Shown: one piece after another, positions 12,911-26,559 of the stretch | Layout of the letters: each line of letters begins with the position of its first letter | Numbering within the stretch: position 1 is the first letter of the stretch | Source of the DNA: Podarcis erhardii | Taxonomy: Eukaryota | Reading direction: 5' to 3' (one strand) | NCBI GenBank assembly: GCA_964252035.1 | Contig: OZ176200.1 | DNA: 64,000 nt | Position numbers and translations under genes: made by a program | The notes under the pieces: model-generated | Databases searched by the model: none | Told to the model about the DNA's origin: nothing | Seen by the model: only the letters and a program-made list of their open reading frames with translations

Positions 12911-14645
12911 TATTTCACAGGGGTAGAGTTACATAACCCATGTATCCATACTTTGCTTCTTTCAGCATAGACTACCAAGAACCATATCAGGTAAATTAGA
13001 CTGATGAAGATGGACTGATCCAGCATCATATGATGAGCTTCTTGCCTGGACAAATATTTTAATGTTACTCTCTGGGGTCAAGGTCCAGCACTCTGGCCAC
13101 TAGATCACATTGATCACATGAGGATAAACCACTAAATAAACAATGTTCCATAATGTGCTTACTGAATTTACATGGGATAAAATTATCCCTGATCATTTGA
13201 GCTGGAATAATTTAAGCACATATAAAAGATTTCTCAATGGCAGTTGCTGCTCATTCATGACTGCCCACTGCAAAGGGCTGAGCTACATGGTATCACGCCA
13301 AGGGTGTGTTTTGAGATCTGCGTCTGCTGAGGTAATTTGGAAATTGGAAGGAAAACCCTTCTCCATGCCCACTTATTCTCCACTGAAAACATTTGCTCCA
13401 CAAACAAGGTAAATTCACAATTTGAATTATTAATTCAGAGCTAGGGTGTGGAGGGGAAAGCTTTAAAAACAACTGTGGGAAAGTATTTGCATGGGAGAAT
13501 TGGTAGGCAGGAGATGGACTATGTGTTTCTCCTCTACAAGTGTTCTCTGCATTTGTGTTATGAGCAAAACATAAGGCAGGGAACTAACTACATGTTTCTC
13601 TTGAAAATTCTACCTCCGTCAGTGAATATTGAAATTTTGGGTGTTCTAATTTTGTGATGCACTAAGAGGCCCAAAATACTAGAACCTACAGATCAGCTCT
13701 ATCATTAGAGGGATTCAGCCTGTCTATCAGAAACTGTTCAGAGATGTCACAGATGGAAATAAATTACCCTCTGTTGCTTGGGATTATAGACCTCTGTTTG
13801 CAAATAAACCAGACTATCATTACACTTTCTCTTGCTTTTCTTCAATTTAACTGTGTACATATTTGGTATGTGGGATGTGGTGCCTTTATACATTTGCTGC
13901 TAAATGATCTGTAATAGCTAATCAGATCATCATGCAGAATTGCACATGTTAATGAAGTTGGGGCTCTCACTCGAATGCCTATTACAGTAAAGCTTAATTT
14001 ACCCACACAATTCTAGTTCAATGTCATATGTATTGGATATACCTCACAATTTTCTGTGTGCCCTCTCTGCTTCTTCTCTTTATGTGCACACTCATAATGC
14101 AACTCAAGAACATATTTCTACTTCGCTCTCTCTCATCCATCAAATCCCTCCTCAAAACCCACTTCAGCACACTTTAAATATGTGTAACACAACTCACTCA
14201 CCTTCTATCCCCCCTGCCTCTGCATTTTTCTCACTGCCTGAATTGTAAGCTCCTTGTGAGCAGGGACCTTTCGCTAGTGCCAGTACTGTGTACAGTACTG
14301 TGCACTCTGATGATGTTATATAAATAATAACCATACCTGGCTGTAGGTAGAAATTTCACACCAAGAAATGGCTTGTAGCTACAACTCCTGTGCCTTATTA
14401 GAAAGAAATTTATTCTGCCTTTGCCCAGTTCATAGAGTCACACTTGACTGGCTGAAACACCATATAGTAGCAGCCAAGGGCTGTGGAAGATTTCCTGCCA
14501 ATAAGGGGCACCTTCTCTGTTTTCTAGTCCACATGTGATAACCCCCATTGCTGCAAGCATACCTATGACTGACTATATGCCCTCTCAATCCCTGCCCATT
14601 GTGACTCATCAAATCTAGCTAGCAGAGCCTAGATGCTTCGGTGTA

Positions 14646-14917
14646 AAGGTAAAGGGACCGCTGACCATTAAGTCCAGTCGTGACCAACTCTGGGGTTGCA
14701 ATGCTCATCTTTTACCAAGCAATGCAATGCATTACCAAGCAATTGCAATGCATTATTGGCCGAGGGAGCCGGCGTACAGCTTCCGGGTCATGTGGCGAGC
14801 ATGACTAAGCTGCTTCTGGCGAATCAGAGCAGCACACGGAAATGCCGTTTACCTTCCTGCTGGAGTGGTATCTATTTATCTACTTGCACTTTGACGTGCT
14901 TTTGAACTGCTAGGTTG
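14646..14917 (-). mobile_element. 5'-truncated Sauria SINE
   Basis: Reverse of the (ACCTTT)n tail at left; body matches the other copies. 11-bp TSD GCTTCGGTGTA (14635-14645) / GCTTTGGTGTA (14918-14928). Confidence 0.9.
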
Positions 14918-15173
14918 GCTTTGGTGTAGTGGGTAGTTAACGCATCTTTGTGCCAGTGATGTACTTCCCCCTTGTCTTTTAAAGAGCCACTGGCATAGTG
15001 CTAGTTTGTGACAACTACTGACCACTTACAAATACCCCATTTTGCTGGGCGTTGAGCGAGAGGGTGATGACATGGCAATTGCATTCTTGGAAGATGCCAA
15101 CTTTTATTTGGGGAAAGATTTTGCAGGCAAGCTTGGTAAAAGTAAAGCAGAGAGGAGCACAGCTGAACAACTG

Positions 15174-15222
<49 letters not shown>

Positions 15223-15750
15223 TATTACGGCCATAGGCCCATATTCAATAGATCATGCAGCAAAACAGGTATAACAAAGTAAAATTAATAAATTAAAATA
15301 CGTTTAAATCAAGTACATCTCAAACCGTAAATTTCTACATTCCATTAAAATAAGAACAATATAGCGCTTAAAATATGAAATTATCAATATAAATCAATAT
15401 TATTTAGGCAAAATCAATAATCATAGAGTAATCCATTTTTCCTCTTATAAGCTAATACTGTTATCAGAAATCTGGCAACAGAAAGAGACCTGCTCGGATC
15501 AGAATCTTGCAGTAAATGTATTAGCTGTTTTTCCAAGGAGTCACCCAAGATTTCCAATAATAAAGGGGACAAAAATCTGATCCGAGAAACTGAATGTAGT
15601 GAACAACAGAATAGTATATGTTGTAAGGATTCTATAGATCTATTATCACATACACACGCCGCTGAGATCTGACCATTGGAAAATCTATTATTCAAGACAT
15701 TGGAAGGAAAGGCGTAACTGTAAAAAGGGGGAAGACACAAAAAGGGCAAG
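15174..15750 (-). mobile_element. Non-LTR retrotransposon 3' fragment (ORF2 C-terminus, 3' UTR, (TCTA)n tail); clade unresolved
   Basis: ORF 15414-15749 contains a CCHC-type motif (CVCDNRSIESLQHILFCC). The 3' UTR ends GCCGTAATAA, followed by a (TCTA)n tail seen as (TAGA)n at 15174-15222. Confidence 0.7.
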
Positions 15751-17487
15751 GGTCTGCAAAACAGTATTTTGTCTCAAACGGAGCAGATTGCCTGTGCCTT
15801 TTTATGACAGGGTGTGCAAGATAAGCAGGATACACTGTTTGCACAAAACCTTGAATTCCGCTTTGTTGGCAGAGTTAAAGGTAGTCAAGGACCCTTATAG
15901 CAAAGTGTCTGTGTACGTCTACTCAGTTTTCATTTTTCTCCTAGGTTTGTTTAATTTGCTTGCCTCTTTCTGATGGAAAAATAAATAAATATGAATTATA
16001 TTTCTGAGTTATTAATTATATGCAGCCTTTAGAAGACAAGCCATCACCCACCAACTCAGACTTTTCCCCCTTTTCTTTCGGAAACAGCACAGGCTTCAGA
16101 CTAGTTATCTGCTATACAGAAGAAAAGGGTAAAGATATCAGTAAACTGCTAAAACTGCAAAATGCACCTATTAGAATGCTTGGGCAATGCAGTTTTTGCT
16201 TGACTCATCCAACACTAAATTCATGGAAGAACTTATCTTTTTACCTTACTGTTTTTCACAAGGGTGAATCTGGAATATTGACTCCACATTTTTAATATAT
16301 ATACTTTGATGTTGTGCATTTGTTTTGTTTGCTTTTTTATGGAAGAAAAATAAAAATGAGAGAATGAGTTATTTTATATGTCAAAAACTTACCGGTATAT
16401 AAAAAATTATAATATGAGAGGAGTAGCGTGGGTATGGGCATATATGGTGGCAAATCGGAATGCGCTTGAGTTTGTTGAGAGGTCATAAGATATGCAAGGA
16501 GATAAAAGTCTAATATCCTGGTCACCAGACACCTTAGCAAGTTCTGATGAATTTGCATGAGGGTTAGAAACCCTTTTTAAAAACACAGTTGAGCAATTTT
16601 CTTCTATCCTTGGATTCCTAAGCTATTTCCCCCTTCCTGCTTGTGCATTGCTTGCTGCCGGTATTATTTTTACTGGCCTTAGGGCTGTTTGACTATAAAT
16701 TGTTTATGGGGCAATCTTATTTACAATGAATGCTTTTCTCATTTACTTTAATTGTTTAAATGAAATCTAATTAAGTTTGGTGGGGAAGAATGATACATGA
16801 AACAATCAGGTTGGAATGAGTTTTTCTCTCTCCAAAAATATCTGAATGTAAACAAAATCTGACAATGTGTTCCATTACAGTAGCAGGAAATCTAAAGGGA
16901 CTGCATGAGCTAGGAGTGTATTAATGTGGTTTTCGGATTCAATTTCATTCCCAGAGAAGGAAGAAAGCAAGTGGTGGGTGGAAAGACCCGAAGAGAGACC
17001 TCTGTGATTGGATCGGCCCCGTTACTTGATCACCAAAAGAAAACAGACCTGCTTTATTTGTGTAACAGCCAAAGTGGCTGTGACCCTGAAAATGAAACGA
17101 TACTAATAATATATCACCCTAACGGAAGCTTGTTGCTTTGCAAGCTAAGAGAGATTCACTGTGAGGAAAGACTGCCTTTGCCATGCACAAGGATGCAGAG
17201 CATCACCGCGGTAAGAGTCTTTCCATAAAATGCAGCTACTGCTTCTACAAGCAGAGATGGGTTTCCTCTCTGAATTGTGTGGTACAGTTAGGGCAGGAAT
17301 ATAGGGCTTAGGGCCACCACCCAGTGGGATGATCAGAGAGTGGGCGTAGTGCAATTTGAATATAATACATGCTGGTTTGTTTATTTATTTACACACAACT
17401 GTATATCCCATGTAGCTATAATCCCATTGCCACCTGAAGAGCCCACCCGCTTCCCTGTGAGACTACTAAATCCAGAGGGTAAAATTA

Positions 17488-17834
17488 CATACCCTCCAAC
17501 ATTTCTTTGATGAAAATAGGGACGTCCCATTCCATAATGATAATCTTACAATTTATACTCCACACATCTTACTGGGTTGCCCCAGCCACTCTGGGCAGCT
17601 TCCAACATATATAAAAACATAATAAAACATTAAACATTTTAAAAAAACCTTGTCTATATAGGATTGCCTTAGACAGCTCGGGGGTCAGATAACTCCATAG
17701 CCTCCAACATTTCTCCAATGAAAAAATTGATATCCTGAGGAAAAGAGGGACATTTCAGGTACAAAATGGAAACTGGGACGGATTCTCTAAATCAGAGACA
17801 TCCCTGGAAAATAGGGACACTTGGAGGGGGTCTG
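17488..17834. mobile_element. Composite hAT-like MITE enclosing an L2-type 3' fragment
   Basis: Termini CATACCCTCCAA / TTGGAGGGGGTCTG, with a second CATAGCCTCCAACATTTCT start near 17696. The interior 17540-17690 resembles 37583-37680. AAATTA on both flanks. Confidence 0.55.
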
Positions 17835-20498
17835 AAATTACCCAAGTGCACCACTGTCCAGATTTATTTGTGAAAATGGCAGGTCTAGTAAGTCTTCTTT
17901 CTCTCCTCACTTGATTCAGATAGTAACTCAGCTTGTGCACTGCACCCTCCTCTTCCTTGAAATGTTTTCTAGCTCCATTCTTATTCAACCCCCAAGCCCT
18001 TAAGAGGACAAAATAGTCTGTGTGGGAAGAAGGTTGCTTCACACACTCTATACCCCATCCCAAGGTTGACCACCACAAGGGCCTTTAAGGTACAGTTCTC
18101 TCACCTCTTCAACCGGCTTTGCAGACAAAGATTTGTTTTTAGTTCCAGATCCTCACCCTCCACCACGAATAGTCTGGTCTGGAAGATAACGTATGGTCTT
18201 AAAGTCATATGAAGCAGCAGTTCTGGGTCTGGTCAGTGCCTAGGTAGGAGGTCGCCTGGGAACTCTGTGCTGGCTGCCCCAAGTTGCATCATAAAAAGGG
18301 AGGGATATAAGTGTAGCAAATAAATTATAAATGTATAAGAAGTCAGGAAACACCTCATCCTTCCCTAGACCCTCACTTCCCATTTCCTTTTCCAGATCCT
18401 ACATACTAAACACTGGTTCCTAGCCAAGTAACCAATCTGCACCCACCTTAGCAGAATATTATTCGTTTCTTTACTTAGACCGTTTTAGACTACTTAATAT
18501 ATTAAATTATCTCTAAGTGGTGCATGGAAAACTAAGGTCACATTAGACAACAAGAAATTTTTACAAAAATGAACAGTTACATGGGGGGGGGGAATGTTGC
18601 ATTAGTACATCATTACTAATGCATATAAATCAATATCAGTTCCAACTCTCCCACAAAATTTAACAAGGAATAATGATTCTACAAAACAGCTGATATCACC
18701 CTAGTCTTTTACTTTAGGCTTGCTTTTTATGAGCAGGCCCGCAGGTGCATGAAACAACCTCAGGCTGCCCACAGCTGTGTCCTATTCATCAGTCATCTGC
18801 CGTCTTCACACAGGTACAGCAGACTTGGTGAGCTTCCTGGGGGGTCCATGTGGGTGAGAAAATGACACCGCTTCACTCACTGTCCTTTTCTCCAGCCTCT
18901 GCTCACTTCCCCTCCAGCTGCATTCATGAATACTGCATTTATGTCTATCCCAGATTTCCTTGAACCTTGCTATCTGCTCTCTCTTTTGGTCCAGGGACTC
19001 TTTGGCAGCCAGCCATGCCCCCCACTCCCCCCCCCAACCTGCAAATTGGTTGATTGGCTTGTTGTTTATGAGAGAATTTTCCCCTTCAACAGTCTGGACT
19101 CATGATTTGCCTTTTTAAAGGTCACATTTGCATGATGCATGCCCTGCCCTTGGGGTGTATGTGAGTTCTTCTGACTTGGAAATTTGCGAGTAGATTGATT
19201 GCTGCAGTCAAAAGGACTCAGGAGTCAGGATATTGTTCTATAACATCCAAGTCAATTTCAGCTATCAACAAACATGTGCCAACACAGCAGCTGGCAGCTG
19301 CCTTTCTGAATGCCTGGACTGTGGACTGGAAACTACAATAGGCAGCAAATAGGTACATAAATGTATAATATTCTTCATTTAAATTATGAGTAGGAGACCA
19401 TTTTTAGGGGTGAGGGACCTCACCTTGAAATGCATTTGTGTATTTTTAGATGGGTCAATTTGCCCTATGGGCCCCATATTTTTCAATTTTAGCAACTTCA
19501 CTAGCAAGACTTGATACCTCTTTTTCCAGATTCAGGAAGTCATATGTGATTAGCCCCTAAGTGGCTATTCCTTTGAAACGGGACTGTTTTCTGCAGCCTT
19601 CTGCAACCCACTGAAATCTTCGTTAAGAAATGCAGGTAATGATTGAAAGCATTGGGGGGGGGCAGGTTGTTTTGAACCTAAATCTGCAAGTGCTAGAACC
19701 CCAAGTATCTACAGTACTTCATGACATCGGCCATAAGCTCCCTTAATATTCTCTGTTGAGCACTTAAATGTGAAAAGAAAAATGGTAGCAGGTTTGTTGG
19801 ACCACTGCTTGTCCCCTGTCATTGGGAAGAATCAAGATATCCTTATTTTTCTGCTGATACACTATAGAACCAAGTGTTTACAATAAGAGTCAGTGTGGTG
19901 CAGTAGTTAATTCAAAGTCCCACTTGGTGGTGAGGTGCTGACCCTGCATGCTGCCTGAATCTCCTTAGAGGAAGAACAGGATAAAACTACAGTAATAAAA
20001 ATGTCATTCTAACCAACCCCTGTTCAGTTGCTATCCAGTGACTCTTCCTGTCATCTCCACTTTTCCAGGGAGTGACAACAACTCCTTAACAGAGAACAGA
20101 TTCATACAATTGAAAGGGTCACTGGATGTTCTCAGGTCCTACCTGGTGCTTTGATGTGGAGAATATTATTCCTAAACACGATAACAAGGATTACTGTCTT
20201 TTTAAAATTATTGGCTCTAAGGAATAGTCCATTTAAAATAATCAGGGACTGAGCATTTAAAAACCTGACAGCCAGCAATTCTAATAGTAACAAGGCTGAC
20301 AGTCCTGAGAAGAAATCACGATGGAAATAAATTGGAAATTGAGAGTGGAAATAATGGGTAGACAGTGGTCTTTAATTATTTGAAAACCAATGAGGACATA
20401 TAGTGTCTTTTTGCAGTATTTGGTTCAGTAACTATGTTGCTGCTATGTGTTTACAGTGCAGACATCTTTCTTCATAGCTTCACAGTATTTGTGCTTAG

Positions 20499-20677
20499 CA
20501 TAGGAGCCAACTCCTAGGGGCCGAGGTCCCTCCGCCCCCTCCCCAATAAAATATTTGAGGGGTCTGGGCGCCTCAAAGTTGATGGGCATTGCCATTCAAA
20601 TGGTGTGCTTGTGATCAATAATGCAGGGCGGGGCTAACCTAGCCCTGCCCAATATTTTATTGAAGTTGGCACCCCTG
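20499..20677. mobile_element. Short TIR element (hAT-like MITE)
   Basis: Imperfect termini CATAGGAGCCAACT / AGTTGGCACCCCTG; no TSD seen. Confidence 0.5.
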
Positions 20678-20956
20678 GTTGGTTCTTAGGCAATTGTGAT
20701 TCATCTGCAGGTTGCTCATATTGTGATTATTGTCTTGCATGTCATTATTAAGTAGTAAAATAAAATTACAGGTACATTTGATGAAAATTTAAAATCATGT
20801 TAAAACATTAAAGTAAAAGTAAAATTCAGCATTTCAAGTAAAAATGTTCAATTGCCATGGTCCGCCATTCCACACTACCACATGCATTCCTGATAAATAC
20901 ATGGAGATGTGTTGTTATGACATTGATGCGAAATCAGAGATTGCAAATACACAGTA

Positions 20957-21182
20957 CAGTAATACCTCGGGTTAAGTACTTAATTCATTCCGGAGGTCCG
21001 TTCTTAACCTGAAACTGTTCTTAACCTGAAGCACCACTTTAGCTAATGGGGCCTCCTGCTGCTGCCGCTCCGCTGCTGCACGATTTCTGTTCTCACCCTG
21101 AAGCAAAGTTCTTAACCCGAAGTAATATTTATGGGTTAGCGGAGTCTGTAACCTGAAGCGTATGTAGCCCAAGGTATCACTG
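20957..21182 (+). mobile_element. MITE family A copy 3
   Basis: TIRs CAGTAATACCTCGGG / CCCAAGGTATCACTG with TA TSD; interior matches 10058-10302. Confidence 0.9.
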
Positions 21183-22944
21183 TACAGCACATTTGGGAGA
21201 CACAGTGAGCAGCCAATTGGTAAGTAGATGCCCATGGCACACATACATACATATATTGGAATCCCAGTTGAAACATTTGTACATTTTTCGCCTGTATGTA
21301 GGCACAGGTTAGCACTGGTGTCACTTTCCATGCCTGGCTAATGTCATATGGTTTAATTATTAATGTTTGAAAATATCAGCATGTCACCTGTCATGAAACA
21401 GCATAATTTAATTTGCTATGGGGCATTTGGGTGCATAGGCTCACTTGAGTATTTGTTGATACTGAAGATCATGGCAGGAATGGAGGGGTGGTGGCAGCAG
21501 CATGAAATATTTCAGGGGAAAGTGCCAGATTTTTGCACTTTGGCACTTTTATGGGGAATATAAGCTGCACAAAATGAGAAAAATGGGTGAATTTGCTTAA
21601 TGTATAGAGAGGATGCAGATCATGCTGATAGTGCAGAATTTGGATTACCTTTCAGCAGAATTTGAAGTTTGCAAGCATGGAATACACACAACCCAGCTTA
21701 CATAATTTTATCTATAATAGGAATGGTTTTATTCACACACATTCATATGCAGTGAAAGAAGTCAAGTCATAAGCATAAATGGGACTGTTGATGAATGTAG
21801 GTCATTTTATTGTATTAATTTATAGGAAAATTTCTTTTGCCTAGCCCTTACATTGCACAAGAGGAAAATGAAAGGCTGGATGTCAGCTTCCTCTAAGCCA
21901 GCTGCAAGGTTCTCAGATTTATTACAGGGCTTAATTCTATATTCTCCACTACCATAGACTTCACTTCTGTTTACTCCCAGAGTTCATTTGCTACAGAGTC
22001 TCCTTCACACAGTCTCACCACAGCTGACATTCTTATCATCTGTGGTGGCCACTTCTCCGCCTCATCAACTCTCTATCTCATTTCCAGTCTCATGTGAAAA
22101 CAATTTTTCTCCCTTGCCAGCACTTCTTAGTTTCTTTCTCCATCATAGTTATTATTGCACTCTACAACTGTATTTAACCTTATAACAAATTTTTGAAATG
22201 CACTCAGAAGGGAAGACCCTGGGGGGTAGATATCATTAGCTCAGCCAAATGGTTTTGAAGAAGGGACTAAAGGTGAGGAGATTCAAAGGACACTTAAATT
22301 TGTTTATTAGATTTGGGTACTCTTTCCCCACTCCTACTCTCCCTCATTTGTTCAGTTTCTTTTTAGCTATTCCTCTTCTCCCTTTCTCATTTGACAAAGA
22401 TCCTATGTGCATAAATGATTTTGTATTTTTTAAAAACTGGCTTGTTTTTTTAAAGTCTGAGTGGGTAATAAAATAGTACCACTTTTCTAAAAAAGAAATA
22501 AAAAGAGACCATGGGTGGGATTCACCTCACCAGTCCTGTAAGTAGAAGCTTTGCATGAGAACACCCACTTGCTCAGCTGGGCCTTCCCTTTCCTCCCTTG
22601 CACCCCACCTGCACCCCCCAAAATTAGCTTGTAGGGCATCAGGAAAGCTGAAATGCTTGGGCAAATTGAACGCTTGGAAGAGCTCAGTGTTGAATTTCAC
22701 CCCTGGCCTTTCCTGTTTTCTTTGTCACGTGCTATGAAAGTTTACCCGTCAGTGTTTCATTTTTAAAAATTATAATTAATTTACAATCAAAATGCCTGTC
22801 TTCTCTCATTACTGTGAGACTCTAGGGCCACATCCGCACCATATATAGAAAATAGTATTGTACCTCTTTAAACAGTCATGGCTTTCCCCAAAGGATCCTG
22901 GGAAATGTTAAGGGTGCTGAAAGGGGAATAGAAGGTCTGAGTTC

Positions 22945-23112
22945 TCTGGTCCTGTTAGCTAGGGATGATGGGAGTTGTAGTCCCAAAACATCTGGAGGGC
23001 CGGGTTTACCTATGCCTGTTGTAGCCCTATGAACTCCAACTCCCATCAGCCTTAGACAGCACAGCCTAATGGTCGGGATGATGGGGCTAGAATCTGACAA
23101 CACCTGGAGGGC
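22945..23112. mobile_element. Two adjacent degenerate hAT-type MITE fragments
   Basis: GGGATGATGGGAGTTGTAGTCC...CATCTGGAGGG module occurs twice (once ending ACCTATGCCTG), as recalled for squamate MITEs. Confidence 0.5.
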
Positions 23113-25315
23113 TCTAGGTGAAGGCAGGAGACTTGTGAGGAAGAAGGGAAGAGAGCCTCAATAGCTTAGTAACAGGGAGTTTTATTCCATTCTTCTATGG
23201 ACATGTGACTGGCCTTTTCCCTCCATTCCTGCTGCCAGCCCTTGAGGGAGGAAAGCCAGCCCCTGTTGACACTTGTTTCCCTGCCAGTCCAGCCTAATGT
23301 CAGCTGCTTTCCTCTTTCGTAACAGGGCAGGAAGCAGAACCTTGAAGGGTTTTGTGTTGTTGACAGCCATCAGGGGGTCCCCAGGGTTCAACTCTAGCTC
23401 GGCCTAGCTTGATGAGCTGAATGTAGCTCTCAGTCCTTTTAATATAATCAGCAAATAGCCAAAATTCCTTCTACAATTAAATATATTCAATTACATGGCC
23501 AAACACTAATTTAGATGGAGGGAGAAATTAAGAAGGCAACGGTCTCCTGTGAGAACAAAAAGGCCAAAAATGAGATGAGGAGTAATGGAATAAAAGTTTT
23601 ATTTGATAGAAGGGAGTGCAGGCAAGTTGCAACCCAGCTGAAGATGGGAGGGAAGAATCCTCTCATCACACTTCAGAAGGCAGAGCTTTCAGATAAACAT
23701 TGAGCTCATCAGGGACCTGGGTAATTGGATATGGAGAATCCTTCTTCAAAGTTGTCAGTTCAAATCTAGTGCAGCTCAGTTATGATGGGGAGTTACTAAG
23801 ATCTGAAGATTGTTTGTCGGCCTTTGTGAGATGTATTAGGTGGTCGAGCTCCACTCCCCAAGGACAACTGTCTGTATAAGAAAAAACACCACTGTAATTA
23901 GTACAGATTCTCAGACTTCTCTTCCAAAGATGATTATATATGAAGTTTATATAATGTTTAAAGAAAAATTATTCTAGGCATTTACAAACAAGCAAATAGC
24001 TCCATATTAGAGATGAGGAATTCACAACAATCATAATTGGTGGTAAAACAGTTTCCATTTTAACTGTGATCTTTGGTCAGATCTGTTCCATTCAGAATAA
24101 AAATGTCTGCATAGTTCACCTGCGAGCCTGTTGTCAAATAATTAATTCTGGGTATATTTGGCACATTTAACACCCTAAAATATCTGGTTGCTTGGTTTAT
24201 ATAGAAGCTGCTATACATTGATGTTGCTGGCAAATTTCCCACTGACTTCAGTGGTGCTGAGCAGCAGTTTCGATGTTTGAAAATAACAGATTATGCACCA
24301 TAAAATAATGAGTTTGTCATGATACTTAAAAAAATATAGATATCAATGGACTGATTATTTTCCTGTGGTTCCTCTTCTGTATGCAAAATTTTGTTGCATA
24401 CTTTTTTTCAGACATTTGGAGGAATATTACTTTAAACATACTTGATATATATAAAAAGCATGTTTAAACAGCAGAAACACAATTTAGCATAATTTTAGGC
24501 GTTTCGACTTTTAAAAGATGTACAAAATCATGACATACATGATGATGTGTTTACATGAGCTAATTGCCTTAGCTACACGTGCATATTAAAGATTCGCTTT
24601 CTTTCAGGGCGAGTATAATGTTGAGCACTCACCTGCTATATCACTCTTACCATAGCAGCACATATGTAGTTTTTATTCTTAAAAGATGGCAAATGCTGGC
24701 AAGGCTGCTCCTTCCTCCTCCCCAACAGGAACCTGACAGTTTGTCAATTTTTCTGCAGGTTGTACACTCTTCTTCTTTGTGAGCCACAGCACACATCAAC
24801 CTTGGTGCTTTGAAAGCAATACAAACAGGTACATATTGAAAATATTTGAAGAAAAATATTGTCATACATCTCATCCTTAGGTTTTTCTGTTCTCCCAGTG
24901 TATTATATAGGGAAATCCTACCACTGTCTTTGAATTTTACTTCGGAAATTATCACAAAAAGGATAAAAAGCAGGTGGGAATGGGTCATCTACTGACATCC
25001 CTATTGATGCTGACTTGGAAGTAAGTCCCAGAATGTTCAGTGGGACTTACTCTGCAGCAAGTGCATTTAGGATTGCAGCCTAAGTGTGCATCCAGATACC
25101 TGTAACTTGAGTTGTGAGTCCGCTGTGGATGAGTATTCATCAGTTTTTGTTCACCTTTTCCTTAAGGAAAAACCATCCTATTTATAGCTGAACCTGGCTG
25201 TGCTGTGTTGGCTAGCTGCTTACAACATCGTGAGGCCACTTATTCCCCTTTTAAATTTTTCAGCTTTTTAAAAAAAGAATGGCTTTACAAAAAACAAAAA
25301 AAGCAAGTGAAGAGT

Positions 25316-25533
25316 CACATCAAAGTGCAAGTAGATAAACAGGTACCGCTCCGGCGGGAAGGTAAATGGTGTTTCCGTGCGCTGCTCTGGTTCGCCAGAA
25401 GCGGCTTAGTCATGCTGGCCACATGACCTGGAAGCTGTACGCTGGCTCCCTCGGCCAGTAAAGCGAGATGAGCACCGCAACCCCAGAGTCGGCCACGACT
25501 GGACCTAATGGTCAGGGGTCCCTTTACCTTTAC
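25316..25533 (+). mobile_element. 5'-truncated Sauria SINE
   Basis: Body matches 63281-63620; ends GGGGTCCCTTTACCTTTAC. Confidence 0.9.
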
Positions 25534-26559
25534 GTCTGTCCATAGCATCCCAACATAAAAAGAAAGCAGACACACCCCAATGGGAAATTTGTGCTATGAC
25601 GCCAGTTTTTAAATATGTCTGTAGGTATCCTGATGCTCTCCATAAACCCTTAACCAGACTGTTAGGCTTTTAGATTTGTGGAGAAACCACTCAGATTTAA
25701 TAAAGAAAAGTTTCTAAGTCATGTGCCTGTGGTTTATATATTAGGCTCAGCAATCATAAAGCTAATATAATAACTATCAAACAGTATTGAAAGGACTATC
25801 ACTGCAGTGGTGTAGGGGGAAATAACCTCTTGCAGATAGTATTGGCTTTGGCCCCATAGCCTTAGCCCTCAGACTTGTCCACAGAAATAAATATAGTGAG
25901 TACTTCTGGGCATATATACAGAATACCTTACCTTTCCTGTCTCCACACACTTAGAATGAAGGAATACCGTAGATGTGCATTCTTCAGTTCAGGTTGGGAT
26001 CCTAGCATACCTTTAAAGGCCGCTTGCCCTCATTTCCACAGACAATATTTTGAGAACACAGTGTTGGAGGAAGACATGTCATTACATATATTGCAGGAAG
26101 TTTATGAACAGAACCATCTTGGCTCACTTCCACCGGTGTCGATTATTCAAAGAGAATTAAGATGTTAAGGATTTAGCTCTTGGTTTAAAGGCATTTTTGA
26201 GTGAGCATGAAAGTTTATTAAAATGACATTATCTGCTCATATTCTAGGTCAATTACAATTTTTTTTTTAATCCATATACCACTGTGCAACACCTCAAATT
26301 ATATTTTACTATTTTAGAAAGTACTAATCAATATCCAGTTAACTGTATACAGTAGTTTATTTATTTCTTTTGGGATCTTTCGATTTACAATTGCCATGTA
26401 AACCCCGAAATTAGGCGAAATTTACAATTGCCATGTAAACCCCGAAATTAGGCGCTAGTCCCTAATAAAGACAATACGATTAAAACCAATTAATATCCCT
26501 CCTAGTTTCAAATCCAGATGTACCGTTTTTGTTTCAACCTCCCAAAATCATGGTTTGGA

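Noticed and set aside
14696-14905. Recurrent peptides ...GHVASMTKPLLANQSS... (also 25315, 28047, 63318)
   Set aside because: Translations of Sauria SINE copies, which are non-coding.
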